Shown: positions 49,190-62,605 of the stretch, in pieces
Position numbering within the stretch: the first letter of the stretch is position 1
Layout: each line of letters begins with the position of its first letter
DNA from: Octopus vulgaris
Lineage: Eukaryota
Length of the DNA: 64,000 bases
Direction: 5' to 3'
Assembly: GCA_951406725.2 (NCBI GenBank)
Contig: OX597818.1
Coordinates: 14,818,001-14,882,000, forward strand
The notes under the pieces: generated by a model
What the model was told of the DNA's origin: nothing
Seen by the model: the letters and a program-made list of their open reading frames with translations, nothing else
Database searches by the model: none
Translations under genes and position numbers: made by a program

Positions 49190-50579
49190 TAGTATGTCTC
49201 TTAATACCTGTGTTGTTTAACACAGATCTATGATTTAAGACGTTCCAGCCGTGATCATCATCAGGCATTATGTTGTATGCATGTATGTATGTGTGAAGGG
49301 ATCTGACTTAAATTTGTCTTAGCACCCGTAGAAGAAATTATGAATTTATTTAATGCATTATTAGGCACTTCAGCCACAATATACATTTTAACTTAGAAGC
49401 TTGCAACTACTTTATGGGCGGAGTTTCAAAACAACTCACCTATACAAGCTGGGTTTTCTCCGTTTTCGCCGGGATTTCAATTTTTTTTTTTTCTTTGCAT
49501 CACTCACTTCAAAACAATGGTGAGTGAAGGGACGAACACTTAAAAACAAATTTTAATCCCTAATTTTTTAAAACGTCGACCTCACCCCACTTCATGTTCT
49601 CTATTCTGAAACAAGTAATCCAGACTTTTATAGCGCAAAAAAAAAAAAAAAAAAACTTTAAATCCATGTACTTTTAGAGAGAAAAAAAATTAAATCCATG
49701 TACCTTAAAGGCTGCCCCTTCTGCGAAAACAGTAACCACCACTATAATGATTCTTTTGTTGGATTCCTTTTGTTTTTCCTCATTAATTTTAGCGTTTTTG
49801 TTTTTTGTATTCCACTTTCTGAAACACTTGGAATTTACATTTAAAACAAGAAAACAAAAATCCTTAACCTCCTACTTACTCAATTAAAATGATTTAAAAA
49901 AATTTTATTTTTTAATACTTTTGCCACGCTGTAAAATCTTTTCTTGTACTGGACAATTCCGAAAGTGTTAGCAAACCTATAGACTTACAGCTATAGGAAG
50001 AATGTCTCAGTTAAAAAAAAAAACGTTCATTACAGATTAAGCAGACAGGCATTTCTTTAATATTTTTATAGTAATATGAAATCTATTATTCCAAATGAGA
50101 TTCATTATATTTCTTGGTTTTGCATGTAACTGAGTCGTACTTGAAAGGTTTACTAACTTCAAAATGAACATTACTTGGTCATCATAATTTTGTAAATAAA
50201 ATGTATTTGCAGCTGACATAAAGAAAATCATAACTGTTTTTCAGACTGATATAAACAAGCACACACACACACACACACATCCTCCTCTCTCCCCCTCTCT
50301 CTCTTATATATATATATCATCATCATCATTTAACGTCCGCTTTCCATGCTAGCATAGGTTGGACGGTTCAACTGGGGTCTGGCAAGCCTGAAGGCTGCAC
50401 CAGGCCAGTCAGATCTGGCAGTGTTTCTACAGCTGGATGCCCTTCCTAACGCCAACCACTCCGAGAGTGTAGTGGGTGATTTTATGTGCCACCGACACAG
50501 GTGCCAGACGAGGCTGGCAGATGGCCATGCTCGGATGGTGTTTTCTTATGTGCCCTCAGCACGGAGGCCAGTTGATGCG

Positions 50580-50607
<28 letters not shown>

Positions 50608-50610
<3 letters not shown>

Positions 50611-51855
50611 GGTGCATATGGTATTTGAGGACATAGCTTTTTTGGGTTATTGCTGCATTTTTTGGCTAACTCTGTATAATCTTTGTTTCAGAAAATAATA
50701 ACAGCAGACCCTCAGATTACTCAAGAAATGAAGTGGCATATTGTTAATGTGGTTATAAAGGCTGAGCATAGCAATTTAGAAATATCTCGATTTTTAAAAG
50801 TTGCCAGATCTTTCTTCTACAAAGTTTTTAAGGAACTAGAGACTGAAAATGGAAATATGCCACCAGTATTAGAGCATAAAAAACATTCTAAACACTCTGA
50901 AATCATCAGAATACCTGAATTTATCCAGCAAGTTCAGCAGACTACTGATTACAATCTCAGAAAGTCCATGAGGTCAATTGCAAAAGATCTCCATGTGTCA
51001 GAAGGAACAGTCAGAAATGTTTTCTACGAAGACATCAGATATAAGTCTTTTATAATGAGGAACGGTCAATTTGTCAGAAAAAGCAAAAGAAAATCACTAC
51101 ATCAGATCTAAAAGGCTCTTAAACTGAAAAATCCATCAAAAGATTTGATTTGGTTTTTCTCAAATGAGAAAAATTTTGACCAAGATCACAAAGTTAACAG
51201 AAGAAATGACATGGTTATGTGCAGACCCTTCTGAAGTTCCAAGTGTTATGCATACAAAATTTCCTGCAACTGTCATGCTTTTAGGGGTTGTCAGCAATGA
51301 AGGACATGTGATGCCTCCTTACTTCTTTCCACAAGACCTTAGAGTTAACTCTGCCACCTACATTGAGATCCTGGAAATAACTGTTAAGCCCTGGATAGAC
51401 TGTGTATGCAATGGAAGACCATATGTATTTCAGTAAGACTCTGCACTATCACACATGGCTCTAGTAACACAGGAATGGATGGCTAAAAATGTTCATGGCC
51501 ACACAACCCCTAACATTTGGCCTCCTAATTCCTCACATCTCGATCCATTGGACTATTATATGTGGAGCATTGTTGAGAGAGAGGTCATCGAACATGCCCA
51601 TAACACCAAAGATTCTTTGAAAGCTGCTATAGTCAAAGTAATGTCCAAAATGAGCCAGGACCACTTGATTCAAGCATGTTGATGATTTAGATCTCATATA
51701 GAAGCACTTGTTGAAGCTGAAGGTGGCTTTATTGAATAACATTATAGAAAAGCTTTATTTTCATCCACATAGCATTTTTTGATAAAGTTATTATCTGTTA
51801 TTATATATGTTTTTTTATAAGCATAAATCTGTCCTCAAATATCTTACGGACCCTG
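50608..51855 (+). mobile_element. Full-length decayed DD37D (maT) transposon
   Basis: TIR core TATTTGAGGACA at both ends, in (TA)n. Motifs FSNEKNF, FQ*DSALSH and WPPNSSHLDPLDYYMW, with 37 residues between the last two Ds. Confidence 0.9.
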
Positions 51856-52074
51856 TGTATATATATATAAAATCCTTTGTCTATCTGTTCCCACTACATT
51901 CTCAAACAGCTCAACCAACTCAAATACATATGTGTGTGTGTTAAGTAAATATAAGAAAATGGAGAAGAAATATAGTTGATACTTACTTAATTTTATTTGT
52001 GTAATTGATGAATACATATCAAAGAGTGTAATACAAATAAAATTTAAAGTAAAAAAATCTACATGAATAATCAC

Positions 52075-52360
52075 CATCTGAACATGGCCGATGCCAGTGC
52101 CGCCTTGACTGGCATCTGTGCCGGTGGCACGTAAAATGCACCAACCGATCATGGATGTTGCCAGCCTCCTCTGGCCCCTGTGCCAGGGCCACGTAAAAAG
52201 CACCCACTACACTCATGGAGTGGTTGGCATTAAGGAAGGGCATCCAGCTGTGGAAACACTGCCAGATCAGACTGGAACCTGGTGCAGCCTCCTGGCTTCC
52301 CAGACCCCGGTCGAACCATGCAACCCATGCTAGCATGGAAAACATTAAATGATGATGATG
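52075..52360 (+). mobile_element. (GAT)n-tailed RTE-type retroposon 3' end (representative copy)
   Basis: GGAAGGGCATCCAGCTG...CAACCCATGCTAGCATGG..TTAAA(TGA)n. Other copies at 1974-2140 (-), 7907-8075, 23735-23972, 24960-25328, 50318-50580 (-), 55680-55917 and 56160-56226. Confidence 0.85.
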
Positions 52361-54279
52361 AATGTATTTCATAGGAAAGTTTATTATTGCTATTTAAATT
52401 AAAATCCAGAAAATGGAGAGGTAGCATTAATATAATTTATTAACTGCAAAAATTCAGCATATTCTCTTACAGCTGTTTCGATTTTGCTCAAAAGAATTAA
52501 ATTCCATTAATTAAAACATTTTATTGGGCAAAATTTTGTCAGATGAGTAAAAAAGATATATCATTTGGTTATTACATGTTATTCTTCCAAACATCTCAAG
52601 AGACTGTCTGCAACCATTTTAATCCTGAACTGCACCAGGTATCTCTGCTTGTAGTATATATACATTGGAACATACAAGCAAGCACGGTCTGTCTAGGAAG
52701 GCATGTATTTCAAGCTGATTTTTTTTCATATATTTAGGGCTTTCTGTGATGTATGTAACATTTATATCCCTGTCTAGCTATAAAACTGCATCATTTAGAC
52801 TCCTCAGCACTTCACCTTTTAAGTGATATTATGTCGTTCTCATTTTCATCACTATATTTATTCCCAGCATCTTTCCAAAACTTACAACTATCTGTACAAT
52901 TTCTGAACCAGCATAATCATGAATATTAGCCATAGCATCATCTATATTCATTCATTTTTAAATATCATCTTCAGCCATCCTTGATGCAGGACCCTTGGCA
53001 GAAGGATTAGCTTCATGATGATTGAAAGTGATTCCTATATAATCAGCATTTTTTTCCAAAATTCACAATTTTCTAAAGTCCTGATGAAGGCACCAGAAGC
53101 CACAATTTATGCCATCCATTTTCCAGCATGAATGCCTCTACAGGCCTCCAAACATTGGTAGCTATACCTTAATACTTAAGCATTATACTGGCCATATCTT
53201 ACCAAAATATTATGCTCCTGCCTCTCAAACCCTCTCCACAATGTCTTTCTAAAAATAAGCAATCACATCATCAAAATCGGGAAGGTATGATATAATGTAT
53301 GATTAATTCAAAACAGTATAAATAAATAGGCATAATATTTGATAGAGTAATCTGAATACATTTTAGTTCCTTAGGAAACTCCTGTATTTGCTTGCTAAGA
53401 TTAACTGCATTCAGTAGGCACCTCATAAACAAAGAGCAATATTTAAATTTAAGAGGACATATGCCATTATCCAGAGGTTGAATTCACATTTTTCAATAAA
53501 GTGAAAGTGGGTTCTGAAAGCACTTCTTTCCAAAGTTCTACATTTGGATGTGGACAGCAGTTGTTTAAAAATATGTCCCTGCATGGCTGCTGTCAAATGA
53601 CTGAAACAAGTAAAAAAAGAATAAAAGTTCAACTAGATTTAGTCTCAGAATGTAAAGGGGTGTAACTAAATACCATAAGGCATTTTATTTGTTGCTCTAC
53701 AAATTCTGGTGTACCACCATCCTAATTAATTATGTAATAATAGTAAATATTAATTTCTAAAACAAGGATATGGTCATTCAATTTAGGGGAAGGTATTGTT
53801 GCTTAAATTGCCTTCAGATCTTGACTAGAACTTTATTTTATTGACTGCTGAAGAGTGATAGGTAGAGATAACCGTGACAGGATTTGAACTCGAAATGTCA
53901 AAGGCCTTAAATACTGCTTTGTCCAGTGCTCTACCAATTCACTATTCTGTATGTTATAGATAGGTATAATCAGTAGAGCATATTTATTTAGATATGTGTA
54001 TTGTATGTGTGTGTGTATAGAGCTAGTGGAGGAGCCTGTGCATGCATGAGTGTATTTGTGTGAGTGAGTATATATGTATGCATGTTTGCATATCAGTGGG
54101 TGAGGACATTATGTATGTGTGTGTGCATGTATATAAGAGAGTGTATGTATGAATGTGCTTGTGTGAGTGAGATTGAGTTTATGTATGAATGCGTTTGTGA
54201 GAGAGAGAGAGAGCATATATGCATGTTAGAAAAAAAATGTGTATGCATGCATGTATGTGCTTGAGAGATAGAAGATAAG

Positions 54280-54321
<42 letters not shown>

Positions 54322-54645
54322 GCACACACACACACACCCATATATATATATATATATTTCTGTAAAGGTTAGCAACTGAAGTGTTTCTTTATCTTGACAA
54401 GAAACTCAACCTGTGACATTATATGAGTGCAGATTATGAAGTTTTCATGGTCTCATATAACTTTCTTTCCTGTCCAGATTGTTATGTGATTCTGTCATTT
54501 AATATATTTGCACAGAAATATACCTGTCTACCTATAAAACTTGAACCTTACATCTACTGTAACCCAGATAGTGTTGATACCATTACAGTCATTACACCAC
54601 ATATATAGCTTCCCTACTTTCATCTATCTAAATTATATGCTTTAA

Positions 54646-54857
54646 CCCTTTAGCATTCAGGTTATTCTATCAAATGTGATGTTTATATTATTTTGAATTA
54701 CTCAAGCAGTGTCTCATAGCTTTCATATTTCAATGATGTTATTCTTTACTTTAGGAATGACAATGTAGGGTAGGTGTAAGAGGTCAGATCTGGCTAGTGT
54801 GAACATAAAGTGAGAAGAATATTTGGGCCAGATATGGCTGGTTTCAATGCCAAAGGG
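54646..54857. mobile_element. TTAA-flanked (piggyBac-like) MITE
   Basis: TTAA|CCCTTTAGCATT...AATGCCAAAGGG|TTAA. Related copies at ~1465-1630, 14262-14487 and 53170-53360. Confidence 0.78.
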
Positions 54858-55082
54858 TTAATCTTACAAATGGGAAAGCAAGTTTGTTTACATTTAGAAC
54901 ATGACAATAAAAGCATCATGAAAAATGGAAATAAATCTTCTATAAATGATGTGCCTCTTAGAAAAAGAAAGAATATATCATATAATCTCTTACATAAAAT
55001 CTGTTCTGTCTGTCTGTGTGTGCGTATGTCTTCCTGGCTCTCGGGCATCCTCCATCTGATTGTGCTCAAATTTGATATGTAG

Positions 55083-55133
55083 ATACCGATGGTATCAGGG
55101 TGTGTATGAAAAAATTACAAAAATCGATTCCAG
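55083..55133 (+). CDS. Candidate third coding exon (YRWYQGVYEKITKIDS-R)
   Basis: tag| acceptor and CAG|GTGAGA donor; 51 nt; phase-compatible with the previous exon. Confidence 0.45.
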
Positions 55134-58100
55134 GTGAGAATGCGATTGATAAAGCTGTTTTTGTCCTGCTTTTCTTCCATCAACCTGTACAGAACTGCAC
55201 CTTCCATTTTTTGTTGTTCTTGTACTGCTTAAAGGCACATTTCTTTCCTGCCAAGCTTACTGCTTAAACCATGTTTGTGTTCTCCCAGTCAACAGCCTTA
55301 TCATTTCTGGTACTTTAAACTCTTTGGTTGCATATTTGTGTGAATAAAATCGTTTTTCTTTGGAATTGAAAAAAAGTCTATCTTTATTTCTTCTTTTGCT
55401 TGTGTCTCAAATTTAGATTAAATCAGTGTTTCTCAAAGGGGAGGCCTATGGGACGGTCGGACAAGTTGTTTTCAGAAAATTTGGTTTAAATGTTTGACAA
55501 CTCAGCACTGTCCATTGGACGGTGGGGGGCGTTTTGCTTATGTTATATAAATTTAATCCAGTGTAATCTCTGGTTAGGGACCAGGATTTGCTGTACTTAA
55601 GACATGCCAAGCTAAGTAAAATCGCTGTCTTCCATGCATACAAGCCTGTCCTTTCAGGTTTGGTGCCACTTAAAAAGCACCTGTGATGTTGCTGTATTAA
55701 TGCACCTGTGCTGGTGCTGTATTAATGCACCTGTGCTGGTGACATGTAAAAAGCACCCAGCACACTCTGTTAAGTGGTTGGCATTAAGAAGGGCATCCAG
55801 CTATAGAAACCATGCCACAACAGACAGTTGGACTTTGGACAGCTCTCTCCTAGCCAGCTCTATGTCAGACTGTCCAACCATGCCAGCTTGGAAAGCAAAC
55901 TTTAAATAATGATGATGTTTCAGGAAATGAAAATAGAAACAAGACCACAAGGTGATTGCTTTTATGCCATTAGGAGAAACAGAGGAAGACTAAAACAGAC
56001 ATGGGGGCATGGTAAGAAGTTTGCTTTCCAACCTCATGGTTCCAGGTTCAGTCTCACTGCATGGTACTTTGGGCAAGTGTATTCTACAGCTGCAGGATGA
56101 CCAAAGCCTTGAGAATGGATTTGGTAGATGGAAACTGAAAGAAGCCCATTATATATATCTGCAATCCACGCTAGGTCCAACCCATGCTAGCATGGAAAGC
56201 GGGCGCTAAACGAAGATGATGATGATGTGTGTGTCTGTGCCTCCTTGTCTTGACATCATGTGACAATGTTTAACAAAGTTTTTATGGCTTAGTTCAAATA
56301 GAATTAATAGTTAGCATAAGACACAATATCTGTGTTATGCTTCTATTTCAGTTGTATTCTTATGTAGAGTTCTGGTCTAGATTCTGGTATTCTCACATTG
56401 GCTGTTTTACTAATTTCTTTCTCCACTGGTTTTAACAACAGTTTCACCAACTCAAATGAACTGTTCATATGCTAATTCATGGCTTTGTTTACTCTATTTC
56501 TTGCAATTCCAGACTCTTTACTTATCTTGCTGTCTATAGTTCACTTCATCCTTTTATTATTTTATCTATCCCTCCTTCATATATATATATATATATATAT
56601 ATATTTCCAGTATTCTACAAGAACATGTCTGATCATGGAAAAATATTACTTTGCTTGGAAACAGTGGAGGGTTAGTTACAGGAAGGCATCCAACCATAGA
56701 AAATCTACCTCAACAAATTCCATTTACCTATGCAAACATGAAAAGTAGATGTTAACGTGATGGATTTGATAGATGGAAATTGAATGAAGCCCATTGTATA
56801 TGTGTGAGTGTGTGTATGTTTGTGTCTCCTTGTCTTGACATCAAGTGATAGTTGTAAGATGATTGTCACTGTCATAAAAGCAGTGTAATTCATTTCCAGT
56901 ATTCTGTGAGAATGTCTGGCTATGAGGAAATATTACTGTACTTAGAAACAAGTGAGGGTTGGCAACCAGAAGGGTATCCAGCCCCAGAAAATCTACCTCA
57001 ATTCTGTCCAACCCAAGCAGGCATGAAAAAAGTGGACGTTAAAATGATGATGGATGAAGAAACCTGTAAAGCAAAAAAAAAAAAAAGGAAAAAAGCATGT
57101 TATGTTGCTTTTACAATGAATGTCATATTTTGAAAGAATATATAATGTAGCCCTTGATGCCTTGAAGACAAATTACTTAACAAAGGACAAACTTGCTAGC
57201 ATAGGACAAAATGTTTTGCACCAATTTCAAATCTTGCCATGGTCAACTTTGGCTGTCATCCTTGTGGGGATACCACTCCAGTATTATGGTTTAGTGGAAT
57301 TGCTGAAGCATTGGATGAGACAAGTACTTTCATACACATGATGGGAACTTACACCTACCAAATTCAATCACAAGATTATGGTTGGTCCAGGGCTATAGCA
57401 GAAGACACTTGCCCAAAGTGCCACACATTGGAACTGAACCCGAAACTATGTGGTTGAAAACCAAACTTCCTAATTACACAATCCTGCCTGTCTTATGGTT
57501 TTTGTTCCAGATCTTGAATAGTAGATTTAATCCAGTCTGTCATTCTGTTTAACACCACTACATACTCCTTGAGTGGTTTTAGCAGAGTCCCATGTATTGT
57601 ATGCATTCAGGTCAGGTTTCTAGTTTGAGGTTAACTTTTCTCTTTTCTTTCACATGGTAAAAAATGAAATAAAGAAACATGATGCATTGCCTTTCTTTCC
57701 TTATCTTAGTAGTAAAAAAAGGAATGTTTTTGATCATAGAATTTGCTCAATCAGGGTTAACTTGAGACTAAGTAAATGGATTTCCATTGGTTTCAGATGA
57801 TTGGTGTTTAGTAAACTGAGCCACCTGCTTATTGATTATTCCATAGAACAAGCAACCATAACATAATCCTCCACCAGAATCAGTAGGCTTCTGCACAATT
57901 TCCGTCTGCCCAATTTTACTCACATAGTTTGGATTGATCTAAGGCAATGCCATATGACACTTGTCCAAGATTTCATGTGGTGGAATCAAATGCTGCTCTT
58001 CATGATTGCGTGACATGCTCTGGCTATTGCTTGGGACTGGACAACATTAACAACAAAAATATGTTATTTACATTAGCACAATGTTTTAAAACGAAAAATA

Positions 58101-60684
58101 TACACCAGGTGAATTAGGAAATAAATCAAAAATATTGTCAGAAGACTTAAAGTAAGAGTGTGAAACTGTTCAATCAATGTTGAAACCAAGTACAATACTT
58201 AATCAAATCATTCCTCATAAACAGAAGCTTTCAAATAGTATTTAATTTATTAGAATTTTTTAACCAATAAATATTTGCTAACAAGTGGTATCTTGCTTAT
58301 GAAGTGCTCTTAAATAAATTGGTATATTTCTAAATCATGGCTAGAATCCATTTGGGTTGAAGTAGTTAGTCTCTTAGATTTGATGTGATTTTCTGAGTGA
58401 TGCTAGATATCGAAGTGTCATGCTCTTAAGTAAATTGCAATTGGGACAAAAGTTAAACACAATAATGCAAAACACAAAAATTTTACCAATAAAGTTTACA
58501 TTATTAAATTTACATTGCCAGTGGATGGGAGAAGCCATAGAGCATTGAACAAAATTTCTTGATAGCATTTTTATGCTTTTACATTGTGTGTTAGAATCCC
58601 ACCAAGCTACAGTTTGTTTTCCATACTTCTCAGATTGTTCTTGTTGTGTAGCCTCCAAGTCAGCACAGATAAAGCAGCACTTAGGTACACCAGTAGTCAG
58701 CCAGACAATGAGGCATGAACTATGAATTTATTTTTCCAATTACACCATGTCTCTATCTTGCCGAGGGCCATATAGTGGTGAATCTTTAGGTTAGGCTATA
58801 AGTACCACATTTTCTGCACTGCCCAGTTCTTGTGCACCCTTAGATTCTTATGGTAGCAATAACAGAGGTTGGGAGAGATGGACTGATAATACAACAGTTG
58901 TTGTTCTTCTGAAAGAAAGTATGTGGCTTAGTGGCTAGGGTGTTTAGCTCATGGTTGTAACAGCAAGAGTTTGTTTCCTGGTGGTGCATTGTCTCCTTAA
59001 GCAAGACACTTTATTTCCTATTGCTCCAGTTCACTCCCCTGGCAAAAGTAAGTTCTACCTGTAGTTCAAAGGGCCAGCCTTGTAACACTGTAAGCACTCA
59101 AGCTAGGTCACCAGTCTAAGGATAGCTTCCTCTCTTCCATCTACCAGTCCTGGAGGCTCTTAAAATATGAGGAACATGGCATTTCTCTTTGTGACTAAAC
59201 AGTAAAAAAATAAATTTTCATCAAATCCCACCATGCCTTCTTTAAAGAAAATGAGCAACACATTGTTCTTAAGTAGACTGTCTGAAATACAATAAAGAAA
59301 AGACAAAGAATAAAAGACATGATGGTCATGGTTAGATAACTTTGGTCATAGGTTTTCTATATCAGGACTGACATGGTGGATAAACATCACACAACAACAA
59401 CTTGAACTGCACCAAGTTAACTTGCCTAAATTAAATTATATAAAAGCAAAGATTAAATCTTTGAATGGTGTTATTGTAACCTAAGGGACTGTGAGTGTTC
59501 CTAATAATACAAATTCATAACAGTCTGTCATATATCTGGTGGCAGTTTCAGTTGTGCTGGTGGTGGAGGTGGTAATTTGGGTTTTAAGCTGAAGTTATAT
59601 AATTCACCAATACAGAAAAGAAAATGAGATTTTATTAATTATTTTCAAATTATATTTCAGGATTTTATTATTAAATTTTGTTTTGTATTCATATTATAAT
59701 CTTAATTTGTTTTTCAATTTTTCACTCTGTTTTTGGTTTTCCTGTATAAACACACACCTTAATTTAATTAATTTGAAATTTATAAATGAAAACAAAAAGA
59801 AAAGAAAAATTGAATAGGAGCTAACTAATTATTAATATTTGGTATTGTTTCACACTGGAGTTTTTGCTTTTCTGGCAGGGTTGATAACATACTGTTAACA
59901 TACTTAATTCAATATACCCCAACAAAAATTATTCTTGTGACTAACCAGAAGAAATCAGTGTTTAATAACTATTTCACTTTAGTCATACTTTAGTTCTTAA
60001 TTTCACTCAATTCATTTATATGACAAAACTTAAAATTAAAACGATCTTGTTATGTATATTCTTGTAAAAAAAATCTTTAATACCTTAATTGAGTTATCTA
60101 CTTATGATATCATAAATATACATTAGAGGTTTTAATAGATTTACTGTACTCCTATTATATTTTTCTTGCAATTAAATATTGTTAGGAGTTGCATAAAAAA
60201 AATTATTGAAATATTTTATGTATTGTAAAAGTATATAACCAATTTATTGCACATAGGTTATAACAACAAAATCTAATGTGGACCCCAAGGGTCATATTGA
60301 CCCCAGTTGAGAATGACTGGTCTAGACAGTATGAATGAAGTATATAATGTATTATGGACCCTGCCTTCTTTTGTGATATTCAAAATTAGAAAAACTATCT
60401 TGCCAACGTTAGAGACCTGGGAAGGTTGTGGGTGCAGCCCTTTTCCTCCTGACCTAACCATTAAATGACAAGTAAAAAAAGTTTTGCTAGAGTGCTGTTC
60501 CATTGTTAACTTTTACTGCTGTTACTCAAAATTGGGGATGACTTGCTAGCATATACAGACATAACTTAATTTACATCACTTTTTTTTTTAAAGAAATTAA
60601 TTGGTAAGATAAAATAAACCCCAGCTTCACTCAATTTATCTGACTTTATATCAGTCTCAGCAAACATATTTAAGACTCTTTTAC

Positions 60685-61096
60685 CCTTTACTCTTTTACT
60701 TGTTTCAGTCATTTGACTGTGGCCATGCTGGAGCACCGCATTTAGTCGAGCAAATCGGCCCCAGGACTTATTCTTTGGAAGCCTAGTACTTATTCTATGG
60801 GTCTCTTTTGCTGAACTGCTAAGTGACGGGGACGCAAACACACCAGCATCGGTTGTCAAGCGATGTTGGGGAAACAAACACAGACACACAAACTTATACA
60901 CACACACACACATATATATATACATACATACGACAGGCTTCTTTCAGTTTCCATCTACCAAATCCACTCACAAGGCTTTGGTCGGCCCGAGGCTATAGTA
61001 GAAGACACATGCCCAAGGTGCCACACAGTAGGACTGAACCCAAAATCATGTGGCTTGTAAGCAAGCTACTTACTACACAGCCACTCCTACGCCTAT
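60685..61096 (-). mobile_element. Major SINE copy
   Basis: Near-consensus reverse complement. Confidence 0.92.
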
Positions 61097-61204
61097 AAAA
61101 AATTTTTTAAATTCCTCTTAAAAACCCAAACTGATGTGGAAGAGTCTAATAAAATACATGTGAAAATATGTGCAATTTCAAGTATAGCAAACCACCAGGA
61201 GTTT

Positions 61205-61320
61205 CCATCCCTTGTTATCCTCTACTGGGTCTACCCCTACCACATGTTCCATCTGCACCTCTTGATGCAACTGTCTTCATCCATAAGCATTAAATGACCA
61301 TACCAGCACAGTCCTCTACA
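61205..61320 (-). pseudogene. Small RTE LINE fragment
   Basis: The minus strand reads LCWYGHLMLMDEDSCIKRC, similar to the RTE motif RLRWYGHV.RM. Confidence 0.55.
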
Positions 61321-61439
61321 TTGCAATGCATGTATATTTCCATATGTTTGTTTTTCCATAATAGCCATAGATTAGAGGAACATGGTGTTTGGCAATTATT
61401 TTCCAGCCAGATAGTTAAGTTAAATCAAGTTAATTTTTT

Positions 61440-61680
61440 GGCTCAAAAAGCAAAAAGTAAGGCTATGTAGGGCGACATGGAGTTATGTACAGGGGTGTTC
61501 ATGCAAAGAGTTCAGGCCATTTCTAGTTAAGAGAGACTTTGAACCGAGCGGTCATTGGCATCTTCACTATCTCATCCAGCAGCTTATTCCACGGATCCAC
61601 AACCCGAACGGAGAAAGCCCCTCTCCTTCGATTGAGATGAAATCGTCGCAGATAGAGCTTTTCGGAGTGACCCCGCTTAC
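61440..61680 (-). pseudogene. CR1-type LINE 3' fragment
   Basis: RGHSEKL...RRGAFSVRVVDPWNKL..EIV....ARFKVSL matches the CR1 RT C-terminal signature. Confidence 0.8.
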
Positions 61681-61954
61681 CTGCTATATTGACAGAAGTA
61701 CCAACATCATTGCTACTTGAAAGACCCTTGAATAAATAGCTGCAGACGTAAGCAAACATGCACATACACAAATACACATGCATACATGTGCACATATACC
61801 AAAATCCATTTATAAGGTTCTGGATGACCTGAGACTGTAGCAAAAGACACTTGCTCATGGTGCTACTCCATGGAACTGAGCCTGAAACAAATTTCTCAGC
61901 CTTACAGTTATGTGTGTACCTGTGTCTGTGTGTAAGTCTGTCTTTCTCATATAA

Positions 61955-62116
61955 GTATGGTTGTGTGGTGAGAAGCTTGCTCTCCAGCCACATTGTTCCC
62001 ACTGCATGACACCTTGTCAAGTGTCTTCTACTATAGCCTTAGACTGAACAAAGCCTTGTGAATGGATTTGGTAGATGGAAACTGAAAGAAGCCCTTTGTG
62101 TGTATGTGTATGTATG

Positions 62117-62154
<38 letters not shown>

Positions 62155-62605
62155 GGAGCAAACACATAAATGTGAAACAAGGTGGAAAAAAAGATTACTC
62201 AAATACCAGGGTTAGAGTAATATACTTTATTTAAAAGCAGCAGAAATTCAACAAAACTTGTTACTCGGAGTAACAAGTTTTGTTGAATTTCTGCTGCTTT
62301 TAAATAAAGCATATTACTCTACCCCTTTGTTACTCTGAGTAACAAGTTTTGTTGAATTTTCACTGCTTTTAAATAAAGTATATATATATATATATATATA
62401 TATATTTCTGTGTTTGTCCCCCATCACCGCTTGACGACCAGTGTTAGTGAGTTTACATCCCTATAATTTAGCAGTTCAGCAAAAGAGACCGATAGAGTAG
62501 GTGCCAGGCTTTAAAAAATGTCCTGGGTTGATTTGTTCAACTAAAACCTTTCAGAGTGGTCCTCCAGCATGGCCACAGTCAAATAACTGAAACAAGTAAA
62601 ATATA
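61955..62605 (+). mobile_element. Major SINE copy with a palindromic insertion (62152-62380) in its (TA)n
   Basis: The two SINE halves flank the insertion. Confidence 0.82.
62209..62325. repeat. Near-perfect palindrome, 58-bp arms with a 1-nt spacer
   Basis: Arms 62209-62266 and 62268-62325 with 2 mismatches. A further partial arm copy lies at 62327-62380. Confidence 0.95.

Noticed and set aside
54064-54341. Cys/Val/Tyr- or His/Thr-rich ORFs (also at 10053, 20716, 33832, 62614)
   Set aside because: Translations of (TG)n, (TA)n and (CA)n tracts.
58747-58870. Exon-like segment MSLSCRGPYSGESLG*AISTT...
   Set aside because: In-frame stop, no convincing acceptor and no recognisable homology.
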